In this document: piece after piece, positions 55,907 to 64,000 of the stretch
Layout of the letters: the number at the start of each line of letters is the position of its first letter
Numbering within the stretch: the stretch's first letter is position 1
Source: Candidatus Zambryskibacteria bacterium RIFCSPLOWO2_02_FULL_51_21
Lineage (GTDB): Bacteria; Patescibacteriota; Minisyncoccia; Phycocordibacterales; Zambryskibacteraceae
Direction of reading: 5' to 3'
DNA: 64,000 nt
NCBI GenBank assembly: GCA_001824255.1
Contig: MHWQ01000002.1
Location: 393,572-457,571, forward strand
The notes under the pieces: generated by a model
Told to the model about the DNA's origin: nothing
The model's input: the letters and a program-made list of their open reading frames with translations, nothing else
Databases searched by the model: none
Position numbers and translations under genes: made by a program

Positions 55907-57826
55907 ATGGATGAAGAAAATCAGGGAAAAGTGGAAAAGCTCGACGAGGCGCTCTACTCGCGCACCCGCTACCACGACCCTCTGGGGAAGCGCTCTCCCG
56001 TGCGGCAAGAAGAATCACCCGAAGTGAGAGAGAAGTGGCAATCGCCCGAACTCAATGAACTCCTGACCCATGAGCGCGAAGCGCCGCAAATCAATCCCAT
56101 GATGAAGAAATTCTTCGCTTTCGCCCTTTTCTTCTTCCTGGCGACCATTATCGTCGCGGGGGTAATATTCCTCGGCGGGTCAAATTTCATCTCCTCGAAA
56201 AATGTTGATATAGAAATACTCGGCCCCGCGAATGTCTCCGCCGGCGAAACCCTCGAGCTTGGGGTAACCGTCAAGAACGGCAACAACACCGACCTCGAAC
56301 TCGCCAATCTCTCCGTCCAGTATCCAACGGGAGCGAGAGAGGCGGCGGATACTTCGAAAAGCATCACCTTCACTAAGAAGGAACTTGGCGTAATCAAGGC
56401 GGGAGACGAAGCCGCGGAAAACGTGCGCATGGTGCTTATCGGCACCGTGGGAGAGGTCAAGGAAATCAAATTCTCGGTCGAGTACAAGGTCAAGGGTTCA
56501 AACGCCACCTTCTACAAAGACAAGGTCTATGAAGTATCCATTGGCAGCGCGCCGATGACTCTCAAGGTTCTAAGCCCGGCTTCCATAACATCCGGCGACA
56601 CCTTCACCACGAAAGTTACTCTCAAGCTCGGCTCGGCCGAGACGCTCAAGAACGTGATGTTACGCGCGGAGTATCCTTACGGCTATAGTGTCTCATCCGC
56701 GTCGCCGGCCGCCGCGTATGAGAACAATGTCTGGTCGCTCGGTGATTTCTCCCCGGGCACGGAGAAGACGGTCGAAATCAAAGGCAGGCTGGTCGGGGAG
56801 AATCAAGACGAGAGAACCTTCCGCTTCTATGCCGGTGTCTCGGATAACGGCAGCATTACTCCTAATTTTAAATCAGTTCTCGTCGCGACGCTTGAGACTG
56901 TCGCCATCGAGCGTCCGTCCATCGCTCTGGTGGCAAGCTTCAACGGCGAAGTGTCTCAGACTTACGTGGCGCCGGCGGGAAAGGAGATTTCCTCTTCCGT
57001 TCGCTATCAGAACAATCTGCCGGAAAAGCTAGTAAATCCGCGCCTCGAAGTGGTTTTCTCCGGCGTGGCGCTTGATAAGGCTTCTGTCCGGCCACAACAG
57101 GGCGGTTTCTATGATTCCGGGAAGAATTCTATTGTCTGGAATATTTTAAACTCCGCCGGCGGTTCGGAGCTTCTGCCGGGCCAGGCGGGCACGGTTAATT
57201 TCTCTTTCTCATCCTTGCCGGAAAACACCCTGCCCTCCGGCAGCCGGGAGATAACGTTGAAGATGTCTCTCGGCGGGACGCCGCCCGGCGGCCAGGCCAT
57301 ATCGGTCACGGAATCAAGCTTCGTGAAAATCGCTTCGCAAGTAACGCTTGCTTCTAGAGTTCTTTATTCCACAGGGCCTTTCAATAACAGCGGCCCCATA
57401 CCGCCGAAAGTTGAAACAAAAACGACTTATACCGTCGTCTGGAACGCGGGCAATACCAGAAATGACGTCACCGATGCCAAGGTGACAGCCAAACTCGGTC
57501 CGGGAGTAACCTGGCTTGCTTCACACAGCGTCTTGAGCGAGCCGATATCGTACGACAGCGGTTCGAACACCGTTACCTGGGACTTGGGCAACCTCTCCGC
57601 CGGTTCCGGCTTCTCGACTTCGGGCAGGGAAGTCGCCTTCCAGGTGGCTCTCACACCCTCGCTTTCTCAGCTGGGCACGGCGCCGACCCTCGTGACGGGG
57701 GCGGTCTTCTCGGGCCGCGAAACCGATAGCGGCAACGTGATATCGGTCGTCAACCAGCCGCTTACCACGCGGATGCCGTATGACCCTACATTTATCCAGG
57801 GAGATGATATAGTGGTGAAGAAATGA
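55907..57826 (+). CDS. Membrane-anchored protein with repeated Ig-like (DUF11-like) domains
   Basis: One TM helix, repeated W.LG.L.PG motifs, GPIPPKV...TTYT. Confidence 0.7.
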   Translation: MDEENQGKVEKLDEALYSRTRYHDPLGKRSPVRQEESPEVREKWQSPELNELLTHEREAPQINPMMKKFFAFALFFFLATIIVAGVIFLGGSNFISSKNVDIEILGPANVSAGETLELGVTVKNGNNTDLELANLSVQYPTGAREAADTSKSITFTKKELGVIKAGDEAAENVRMVLIGTVGEVKEIKFSVEYKVKGSNATFYKDKVYEVSIGSAPMTLKVLSPASITSGDTFTTKVTLKLGSAETLKNVMLRAEYPYGYSVSSASPAAAYENNVWSLGDFSPGTEKTVEIKGRLVGENQDERTFRFYAGVSDNGSITPNFKSVLVATLETVAIERPSIALVASFNGEVSQTYVAPAGKEISSSVRYQNNLPEKLVNPRLEVVFSGVALDKASVRPQQGGFYDSGKNSIVWNILNSAGGSELLPGQAGTVNFSFSSLPENTLPSGSREITLKMSLGGTPPGGQAISVTESSFVKIASQVTLASRVLYSTGPFNNSGPIPPKVETKTTYTVVWNAGNTRNDVTDAKVTAKLGPGVTWLASHSVLSEPISYDSGSNTVTWDLGNLSAGSGFSTSGREVAFQVALTPSLSQLGTAPTLVTGAVFSGRETDSGNVISVVNQPLTTRMPYDPTFIQGDDIVVKK

Positions 57827-59127
57827 CCGAGAAAAACGGCGATTTAATGGAAAAAATAGTCTCGCTTTGCAAGCGGAGAGGGTTTATATTCCAGGGCTCG
57901 GAGATTTACGGCGGGCTGGCTGGTACATGGGATTTCGGTCCTTACGGGGCTGAACTTGCTTATCGAATAAAAGATTTATGGTGGAGCCGTTTTGTGCGCT
58001 CGCGCGATGATGTGTACGGCATTTCAAGTTCAATCATTATGCCTGAGGCGGTGTGGCAGGCAAGCGGGCATCTGAAGAATTTCACCGACCCTATCGTTGA
58101 GTGTAAGAAGTGTCACCACCGCTTTCGAGCTGACCATTTGAAAGATAAGAAGAAGTGCCCGGATTGCGGAGGGGAATTGGGTGAAGAAAAAACTTTCAAT
58201 CTCATGTTTCCGGTCGAAACCGGTTCAACAAGCGGAGGAACAGCAACTGCCTATCTTCGCGGAGAGCTGGCTCAAGGAATGTTCGTCAATTTCAAGAATA
58301 TCATTGACACCTTCCATCCGGATATTCCATTCGGCATAGCCCAAGTGGGCAAAGCATTCAGAAATGAGATTTCTCCAAGAGATTTTATATATAGAGTTAG
58401 GGAATTCGAGATCGCCGAGTTCGAATATTTCGTCAAAGAATCAGATTGGGAGAAATACTTCGAATATTGGAAAAAAGAAATGAGGGAATGGTTAGAAGAA
58501 ATTGGAATTAATCCGAAAAACGTTAGAGAAAATGATTTGACTGAAAAAGAAAGGGCTCATTACTCGAAGCGAACAATAGATTTCGAATACCAAGGGCCGA
58601 TAGGAGATATGGAAATACAAGCAATAGCTTATCGAACAGATTATGACCTCAAAAACCATATTGAAGGCTCGGGAATGGATTTGAGTTTCAGGGATGAAGT
58701 AGCAAATGAGAAATTTATTCCTCATGTTATTGAGCCTACTTTCGGTGTCGGGCGCTTGTTACTGGCGGTTCTGCTTGAGGCCTACACCGAAGACGAGCTG
58801 GGAGGGGAGAAGAGAGTTTATTTGAAACTGAACAAAAATATTGCGCCTGTGCGCGCTGCAGTCTTCCCGCTTCTCAAAAACAAGCCGGAACTTGTCGCCA
58901 AAGCGCGGGAAATTTACGCCAATCTCAAGAAAGAAATTCCCAATATTGAATTCGACGATAATGGCAATATCGGCAAGCGCTACAGGAGACAGGATGAGAT
59001 CGGCACGCCCTACTGTATTACCATTGACTTCGATACTCTTGAGAGCGGTACTGTAACCTTGCGAGACAGAGACACGGGGAATCAAGAAAGGGTAACAATA
59101 GAAGATTTGAAAGAAAAGATACTCTAA
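57823..59127 (+). CDS. glyQS: Glycine--tRNA ligase, homodimeric (alpha2) type
   Basis: LCKRRGF...SEIYGG, ASGH, GKAFRNEI.P, PHVIEP.FG, IGKRYRRQDEIGTP. Confidence 0.93.
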   Translation: MTEKNGDLMEKIVSLCKRRGFIFQGSEIYGGLAGTWDFGPYGAELAYRIKDLWWSRFVRSRDDVYGISSSIIMPEAVWQASGHLKNFTDPIVECKKCHHRFRADHLKDKKKCPDCGGELGEEKTFNLMFPVETGSTSGGTATAYLRGELAQGMFVNFKNIIDTFHPDIPFGIAQVGKAFRNEISPRDFIYRVREFEIAEFEYFVKESDWEKYFEYWKKEMREWLEEIGINPKNVRENDLTEKERAHYSKRTIDFEYQGPIGDMEIQAIAYRTDYDLKNHIEGSGMDLSFRDEVANEKFIPHVIEPTFGVGRLLLAVLLEAYTEDELGGEKRVYLKLNKNIAPVRAAVFPLLKNKPELVAKAREIYANLKKEIPNIEFDDNGNIGKRYRRQDEIGTPYCITIDFDTLESGTVTLRDRDTGNQERVTIEDLKEKIL

Positions 59128-59145
59128 GGTAGTCTAAGCTTCTAA

Positions 59146-60417
59146 ATGAAGTATAAAAAGCACACTCTTCCGAACGGGCTTCGTGTTATCTTCGCACCGG
59201 CCAAGGGCAATCCGGCCGTAATGGTCTTGGTTATGGTGGAGACAGGCTCGAACTATGAGACAAAGGCAGAAAACGGCCTTTCGCATTTCCTCGAACATAT
59301 GTGCTTCAAGGGGACGACCATGAGACCCAAAGCCAAGGATATTTCCAAAGAACTTGATTCTTTGGGAGCGCAGAACAACGCTTTCACTGGCGATGAATAT
59401 ACGGGCTATTATGCCAAGGCCGCCAAGAAGCACTTTGCGAAACTGTTCGAAATCATTTCCGACCTCTATCTCAATCCAACCCTGCCTGCCGCAGATCTTG
59501 AGAAAGAGAGAGGAGTTATCCTTGAGGAAATAGCGATGTATGAAGATTTGCCGCAGAGGTATGTCTGGCAGGTCCTCGAGGGTCTTATGTATGGTGACAC
59601 GCCAGCTGGCCGGCCGATTCTCGGTCCGAGAGAGAATATAAAGAAATTCACGCGCCAAGATTTTGTCGATTACCGCAACGCGCACTACGTGGCGCCGAAG
59701 ACTATTGTTGTGGTCGCGGGAGACGTGAGTGAGACCTCCGTGCTTAAGGAGACCAGGAAACACTTCAAGGATATCCCGAAAGGCAAGAAAGTTTCCAAGC
59801 TACCGGTCAAAGAGAGGCAAAGTCATCCCGGACTGGAAATTCACAAGAAGAAGACCGACCAATGCCACATGGTTATGGCTTTCCGCACTTATGGCGCCAA
59901 TGATAAAAGATCTCCCGCTGCTACTGTATTGGCCGAGATTCTAGGCAAGGGTATGTCCTCCCGGCTCTTTACAAGGCTTCGTGATGAAATGGGGGCTTGT
60001 TACTACGTGCGCGCCAGTCACGACCAATACACAGACCATGGGGTGTTCACTATCGCGACAGGCATTAACGTTTCGCGGACCAAGGAGGTGGTCGAGGTTC
60101 TTTTGGAGGAGTGCAAAAAGCTCGCCACAACCCCTGTTTCCCAGGAGGAGCTTGATAAGGCCAAAGAACATCACATCGGTCATTTATACATGAATCTTGA
60201 GACGACTGACGCCTTGGCCGAGTTCTATGCCGGCGAGGAGATTGCCACCGGCAAGCCGAAGGCGCCGCAGGAGATCGAGGCGGAAATCAGGAAAATAAAT
60301 GCCAAAGATGTTATGAAAATTGCCAAAAATCTATTCACCAATAAGAACTTAAATCTGGCCATTGTCGGCAATATTGCCGACCAGAAGCCGGTGAAAAAAG
60401 TTCTAACCTTCAAATAG
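59146..60417 (+). CDS. M16 family zinc peptidase
   Basis: G.SHFLEHM.FKGT (HxxEH), NAFT, E.GVI.EE, SSRLF..LR. Confidence 0.93.
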   Translation: MKYKKHTLPNGLRVIFAPAKGNPAVMVLVMVETGSNYETKAENGLSHFLEHMCFKGTTMRPKAKDISKELDSLGAQNNAFTGDEYTGYYAKAAKKHFAKLFEIISDLYLNPTLPAADLEKERGVILEEIAMYEDLPQRYVWQVLEGLMYGDTPAGRPILGPRENIKKFTRQDFVDYRNAHYVAPKTIVVVAGDVSETSVLKETRKHFKDIPKGKKVSKLPVKERQSHPGLEIHKKKTDQCHMVMAFRTYGANDKRSPAATVLAEILGKGMSSRLFTRLRDEMGACYYVRASHDQYTDHGVFTIATGINVSRTKEVVEVLLEECKKLATTPVSQEELDKAKEHHIGHLYMNLETTDALAEFYAGEEIATGKPKAPQEIEAEIRKINAKDVMKIAKNLFTNKNLNLAIVGNIADQKPVKKVLTFK

Positions 60418-60454
60418 CCCGTAACGGGCACCCTAGGTGTGCTATATTAGACCC

Positions 60455-61498
60455 ATGGAAAAGATTTCTATCACCACCGCAAGCTGGGTCAGAGGGGCGA
60501 TTGTAGTAGGCCTGGCTTACGCCGCCTACCGGATAAGCGACTTCATCCTGGTCGTGATTGCTTCGATTATCATTGCCTCAGCCATAGAGCCGGTCACGCA
60601 ATGGGCGAGGAGGAGGAATCTGCCGCGCCTCCTGGCGGTCATCTCGGTTTACGTCATATCCGCCTTGTTTTTCGCCGTCTTTTTCTACTTTCTCCTCCTG
60701 CCGCTTATGGGCGAAATCTCGAGCTTCATCCGGACTCTAACTGTTTACTCCAACTCTATCGTGAACAACAACGTGCTTTCGAGCATGTTCGAAACCCAGG
60801 ACATCTTCGGCGCAATCGATACCAGAGGCCTCCTCTCCGACCTCAATTCTTATCTCAATGATTTTTCCAAGTTTCTGTCGCAGGGCGTCTTCACGACGGC
60901 CTCCACTATCTTCGGCGGCGTAGTGAGCTTCATCATCATGATCGTGCTCTCGTTCTATCTCGCTGTGCAGGAAGACGGTATCGCCAAGTTCTTGCGTATC
61001 ATTGTTCCCCAGCGGCATGAGGATTACGCCGTGAGTCTCTGGCGCCGTTCACAGAAAAAAATCGGCTATTGGATGCAGGGCCAGCTCGCGCTCGCGGTGC
61101 TCATCATGGTTCTGGTCTTTGCCGGCCTTCTCATCATTGGGGTTCCGCACGCGCTACTCCTCGCCTTCGTGGCCGGAGTGCTCGAACTCATACCGCTCTT
61201 CGGTCCAGTGCTGGCGGCTATACCCGCTATCTTCATCGCTTATACGTCCGGCGGCATGACGATGGCGCTTATTGTTGCCCTTCTTTATCTAGTGGTTCAG
61301 CAGCTTGAGAATCACGTCATTTATCCTCTGGTAGTCAAGAAAATCGTCGGCGTGCCGGCCATAGTTTCGATTCTGGCAATTGTCATAGGCGGAGAGCTGG
61401 CTGGTTTCCTCGGCATTATCATATCGGTGCCGGTGGCCGCCGTGATTATGGAATTTATAAACGATTTGGAAGCGAGAAAGAATGTCCCTCAGCAATAA
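60455..61498 (+). CDS. AI-2E/PerM family transporter
   Basis: Multi-TM, IP..GP, QQLEN....P, GII.SVP; ATG 6 nt after TGcTATATT. Confidence 0.9.
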   Translation: MEKISITTASWVRGAIVVGLAYAAYRISDFILVVIASIIIASAIEPVTQWARRRNLPRLLAVISVYVISALFFAVFFYFLLLPLMGEISSFIRTLTVYSNSIVNNNVLSSMFETQDIFGAIDTRGLLSDLNSYLNDFSKFLSQGVFTTASTIFGGVVSFIIMIVLSFYLAVQEDGIAKFLRIIVPQRHEDYAVSLWRRSQKKIGYWMQGQLALAVLIMVLVFAGLLIIGVPHALLLAFVAGVLELIPLFGPVLAAIPAIFIAYTSGGMTMALIVALLYLVVQQLENHVIYPLVVKKIVGVPAIVSILAIVIGGELAGFLGIIISVPVAAVIMEFINDLEARKNVPQQ

Positions 61499-62924
61499 AA
61501 ATTTCTACATCACCACGACGATTCCGTACGTGAATGCAGACCCGCATATCGGATTTGCGTTGGAACTCGTCCAGGCTGATATTATTGCCCGCGCTCAAGA
61601 GCTGTGGGGCAGGGAAGTATTTTTTACCACAGGCACCGACGAACACGGGCAGAAAGTGGCTGAAGCAGCCAAGAAAGAAGGTAAAGATACCCAGGCATAC
61701 GTTGATGAATATGCTGAAAAGTTTAAAACTCTTAAAGATAAGCTGGGTCTCCATCCCAGCATTCACTTCGTACGTACCACCGATCCTGTCCATATCGAAG
61801 CGGCGCAGAAGATGTGGAAACTCTGTGAGAAAGATATTTATAAGAAGAAGTACAAGGGTCTATACTGCGTCGGGGATGAAGCGTTTGTAAAAGAAACGGA
61901 CCTAGTAGACGGGAAGTGCCCCAATCACCCCAACATGGAGCTTCAGGAAATTGAGGAGGAGAACTATTTTTTCAACCTCGGTAATTACAAGGCAAAGGTT
62001 AGGGAATATCTGGAAAAAGATAAAAGAGTCATTCCTGAATGGCGTCGGAACGAGGCGTTGATTGCCTTGGCAGGTATGGAGGATGTCAGCATTTCACGAG
62101 AGGCCAAACGTCTTTCGTGGGGTGTGCCAGTACCAGGAGATGATGAGCAGGTTATGTACGTTTGGTTCGAAGCTCTCACGAACTACATCTCAACTCTTGG
62201 TTGGCCCAACGATCCAGAAGGAAACTTCAAGAAATTCTGGGAAGAGGGCGAGACGCTTCAGGTGGCGGGCAAAGACCAGGTCAAGTTCCAGTCGATTATC
62301 TGGCAGGCGATGCTGTTCTCTGCTGGTATTAAAAATACCGATACTGTTATGTACCATGGCTTCATTAACTCTGGCGGGCAGAAGATGAGTAAGTCACTTG
62401 GCAACGTTATTCACCCCGACGCGCTTCTTGCTGAATACGGTATTGATGCCGTGCGTTATTATCTATTGCGACATATTTCTCCCTTTGATGATAGTGATAT
62501 GACAGCCGAATCCTTTCACGAGGCTTATGAGGCTAATTTAGTTAATGGTTTAGGAAATTTAGTCTCAAGGGTTCTTACAATGGCCGACAATTATGATATG
62601 TCCACTCTAGAACCGGTAATACACGAACCAGTAAAGATTCCAGCTTTTGAATTCTTGAAAAAATTTGAATTTAAAAGGTACATGGATAACATATGGGAGA
62701 AAATCCAAACAACGGATAAAAAAATACAAGAAAAAGAGCCTTACAAAGTCTATAAAACTGATAAAGAAGAGGCAATTAGAATTGTGTCTGACTTATGTGT
62801 GGACCTTTCAATTATTGCGTATTTACTTAAGCCAGTGATGCCGCATACGTCTGAAGTAATTTTTGATTTATTAAGAAACCCTCCCAAGAAACCTGAGCCT
62901 CTTTTTCCTCGACTCAATGCCTAA
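61482..62924 (+). CDS. metG: Methionine--tRNA ligase, short form lacking the C-terminal tRNA-binding domain
   Basis: ITTTIPYVN..PHIG, TGTDEHG.K, YVWF.AL.NY, KMSKSLGN. Confidence 0.96.
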   Translation: MSLSNKNFYITTTIPYVNADPHIGFALELVQADIIARAQELWGREVFFTTGTDEHGQKVAEAAKKEGKDTQAYVDEYAEKFKTLKDKLGLHPSIHFVRTTDPVHIEAAQKMWKLCEKDIYKKKYKGLYCVGDEAFVKETDLVDGKCPNHPNMELQEIEEENYFFNLGNYKAKVREYLEKDKRVIPEWRRNEALIALAGMEDVSISREAKRLSWGVPVPGDDEQVMYVWFEALTNYISTLGWPNDPEGNFKKFWEEGETLQVAGKDQVKFQSIIWQAMLFSAGIKNTDTVMYHGFINSGGQKMSKSLGNVIHPDALLAEYGIDAVRYYLLRHISPFDDSDMTAESFHEAYEANLVNGLGNLVSRVLTMADNYDMSTLEPVIHEPVKIPAFEFLKKFEFKRYMDNIWEKIQTTDKKIQEKEPYKVYKTDKEEAIRIVSDLCVDLSIIAYLLKPVMPHTSEVIFDLLRNPPKKPEPLFPRLNA

Positions 62925-63681
62925 ATACTTCGACATACACTCTCATCTCAATTTTCTGGATTATGAGAAAGATTGGGACGAGGTTATAGCCCGCATGAGA
63001 GGGGCGGGAACGCACACCATCGTAGTCGGCACGGATTACGAGTCTTCGAAGAAGGCGGTGGAGCTTGCCGATAAATATCCGGAAATTTATGCTTGTATTG
63101 GAGTCCATCCGGTGGACAACCCAAGCCAAGTTTTTGAGAAAGAGAAATTCGAAGAGCTGGCAAAACACTCTAAGGTCATCGCGATAGGGGAATGCGGCAT
63201 GGATTTTTTCCACCAAGACAAAACACAAGACTTCGAAAGGCAGAAAAAGCTTTTCGAGACCCAGATTGAATTCGCGCTGGAGCACGGCAAACCAGTCATG
63301 GTCCATGCCCGCGATTCCTATGCAGAAATTCTCGAAATTATCGGGAATTACCCGAATCTACGAGGCAACATCCATTTCTTCGCCGGAACGCTCGATGAAG
63401 CCAGACGCTTCATCGAGCGGGGCTTCACCCTCTCCTTCACCGGAGTTATAACCTTCGTTGGGGCCTATGACGAGATTATAAAGTCGGTGCCCTTGGAGTC
63501 GATTATGACCGAGACGGATGCCCCCTTCGTTGCTCCGGTGCCTTACAGGGGCAAGAGGAACGAGCCAAGCTACGTCAAGGAGGTTGTGAAGCGGATTGCC
63601 GAGATAAGAGGTGAGGATTTTGAGACCGTCCGCCAAACCCTTGTCGAGAATGCCTTGCGTATGATAATGTATGAATCCTGA
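62917..63681 (+). CDS. tatD: TatD family nuclease
   Basis: DIHSH, GVHP, IGECGMD, HARD, ETDAPF..P.P.RGKRNEP. Confidence 0.95.
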   Translation: MPKYFDIHSHLNFLDYEKDWDEVIARMRGAGTHTIVVGTDYESSKKAVELADKYPEIYACIGVHPVDNPSQVFEKEKFEELAKHSKVIAIGECGMDFFHQDKTQDFERQKKLFETQIEFALEHGKPVMVHARDSYAEILEIIGNYPNLRGNIHFFAGTLDEARRFIERGFTLSFTGVITFVGAYDEIIKSVPLESIMTETDAPFVAPVPYRGKRNEPSYVKEVVKRIAEIRGEDFETVRQTLVENALRMIMYES

Positions 63682-63701
63682 TAACATCAGGATTCATACA
63701 T
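63667..63701. promoter_or_regulatory. 16-bp perfect palindrome spanning the tatD stop, putative -10 box and rpsF start
   Basis: ATGTATGAATCCTGAT-AAC-ATCAGGATTCATACAT. Confidence 0.65.
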
Positions 63702-64000
63702 GCAAGTTTACGAGCTAGGATACCTAATATTGCCGAGCATCCCGGAAGACGGGCTATCGGGCGTTGTGGAGAAAATTAAGGGCATTATCGGGAAGGGGGG
63801 TGGCCAGGAACTCGACTCCGAGTCGCCGGTGAGACAGGACCTTGCCTATACCATGGGTAAGACCATTGGCGCCAGCCGCTACGTGGTAAATGACGCTTAT
63901 ATCGGCTGGGTGAAGTTTGAAGCAGAACCGGACGCCACTGCGGCTATAAAAGAGGGGGTCGAAAAGGTAGATGAAGTTCTCCGCCTTCTCATAATCAAGG
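63700..64000 (+). CDS. rpsF: 30S ribosomal protein S6, partial (runs off right edge)
   Basis: Manual translation MQVYELGYLILPSI...GG......LAYTM...VLR.LI. Confidence 0.88.
   Translation, partial: MQVYELGYLILPSIPEDGLSGVVEKIKGIIGKGGGQELDSESPVRQDLAYTMGKTIGASRYVVNDAYIGWVKFEAEPDATAAIKEGVEKVDEVLRLLIIK

Overview
Chromosomal window from a reduced-genome bacterium. Gene content points to Patescibacteria/CPR, Parcubacteria-like (inference): minimal T4SS-like cluster, rplK not followed by rplA, homodimeric GlyRS, split MetRS, tRNA-Arg(GCG), shortened YebC/RnpA/HolA/RecO. It spans the replication origin (yidC-rnpA-rpmH-dnaA-oriC-dnaN) and carries a VirB4/VirB6/PrgI/pilin cluster (0.3-12.4 kb), many repair and translation genes, 8 tRNAs and an AT-rich island at the 3' end of tRNA-Ser (fused R-M-S enzyme, an unannotated 57-aa protein, a PIN nuclease, a glycoside hydrolase-like protein and a TolB-like propeller). 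Best candidates for something new: (1) a thymidylate neighbourhood (HIGH nucleotidyltransferase, HIGH-domain/dCMP-deaminase fusion, HIT hydrolase, DHFR, and a thymidylate synthase lacking most phosphate-binding arginines), suggesting a non-canonical, possibly nucleotide-capped, route to dTMP; (2) four perfect 11-16 bp inverted repeats with unrelated arms that all centre on an extended -10-like core TGATA-NN-ATCA; (3) three kinds of selfish-looking DNA repeats sitting in-frame inside housekeeping genes; (4) the RM/PIN operon; (5) a promoter-bearing ~170-nt rod-like element upstream of ruvB and a switch-like leader upstream of a pteridine-reductase-like SDR. All functional calls rest on motif recognition by eye; no searches were run.
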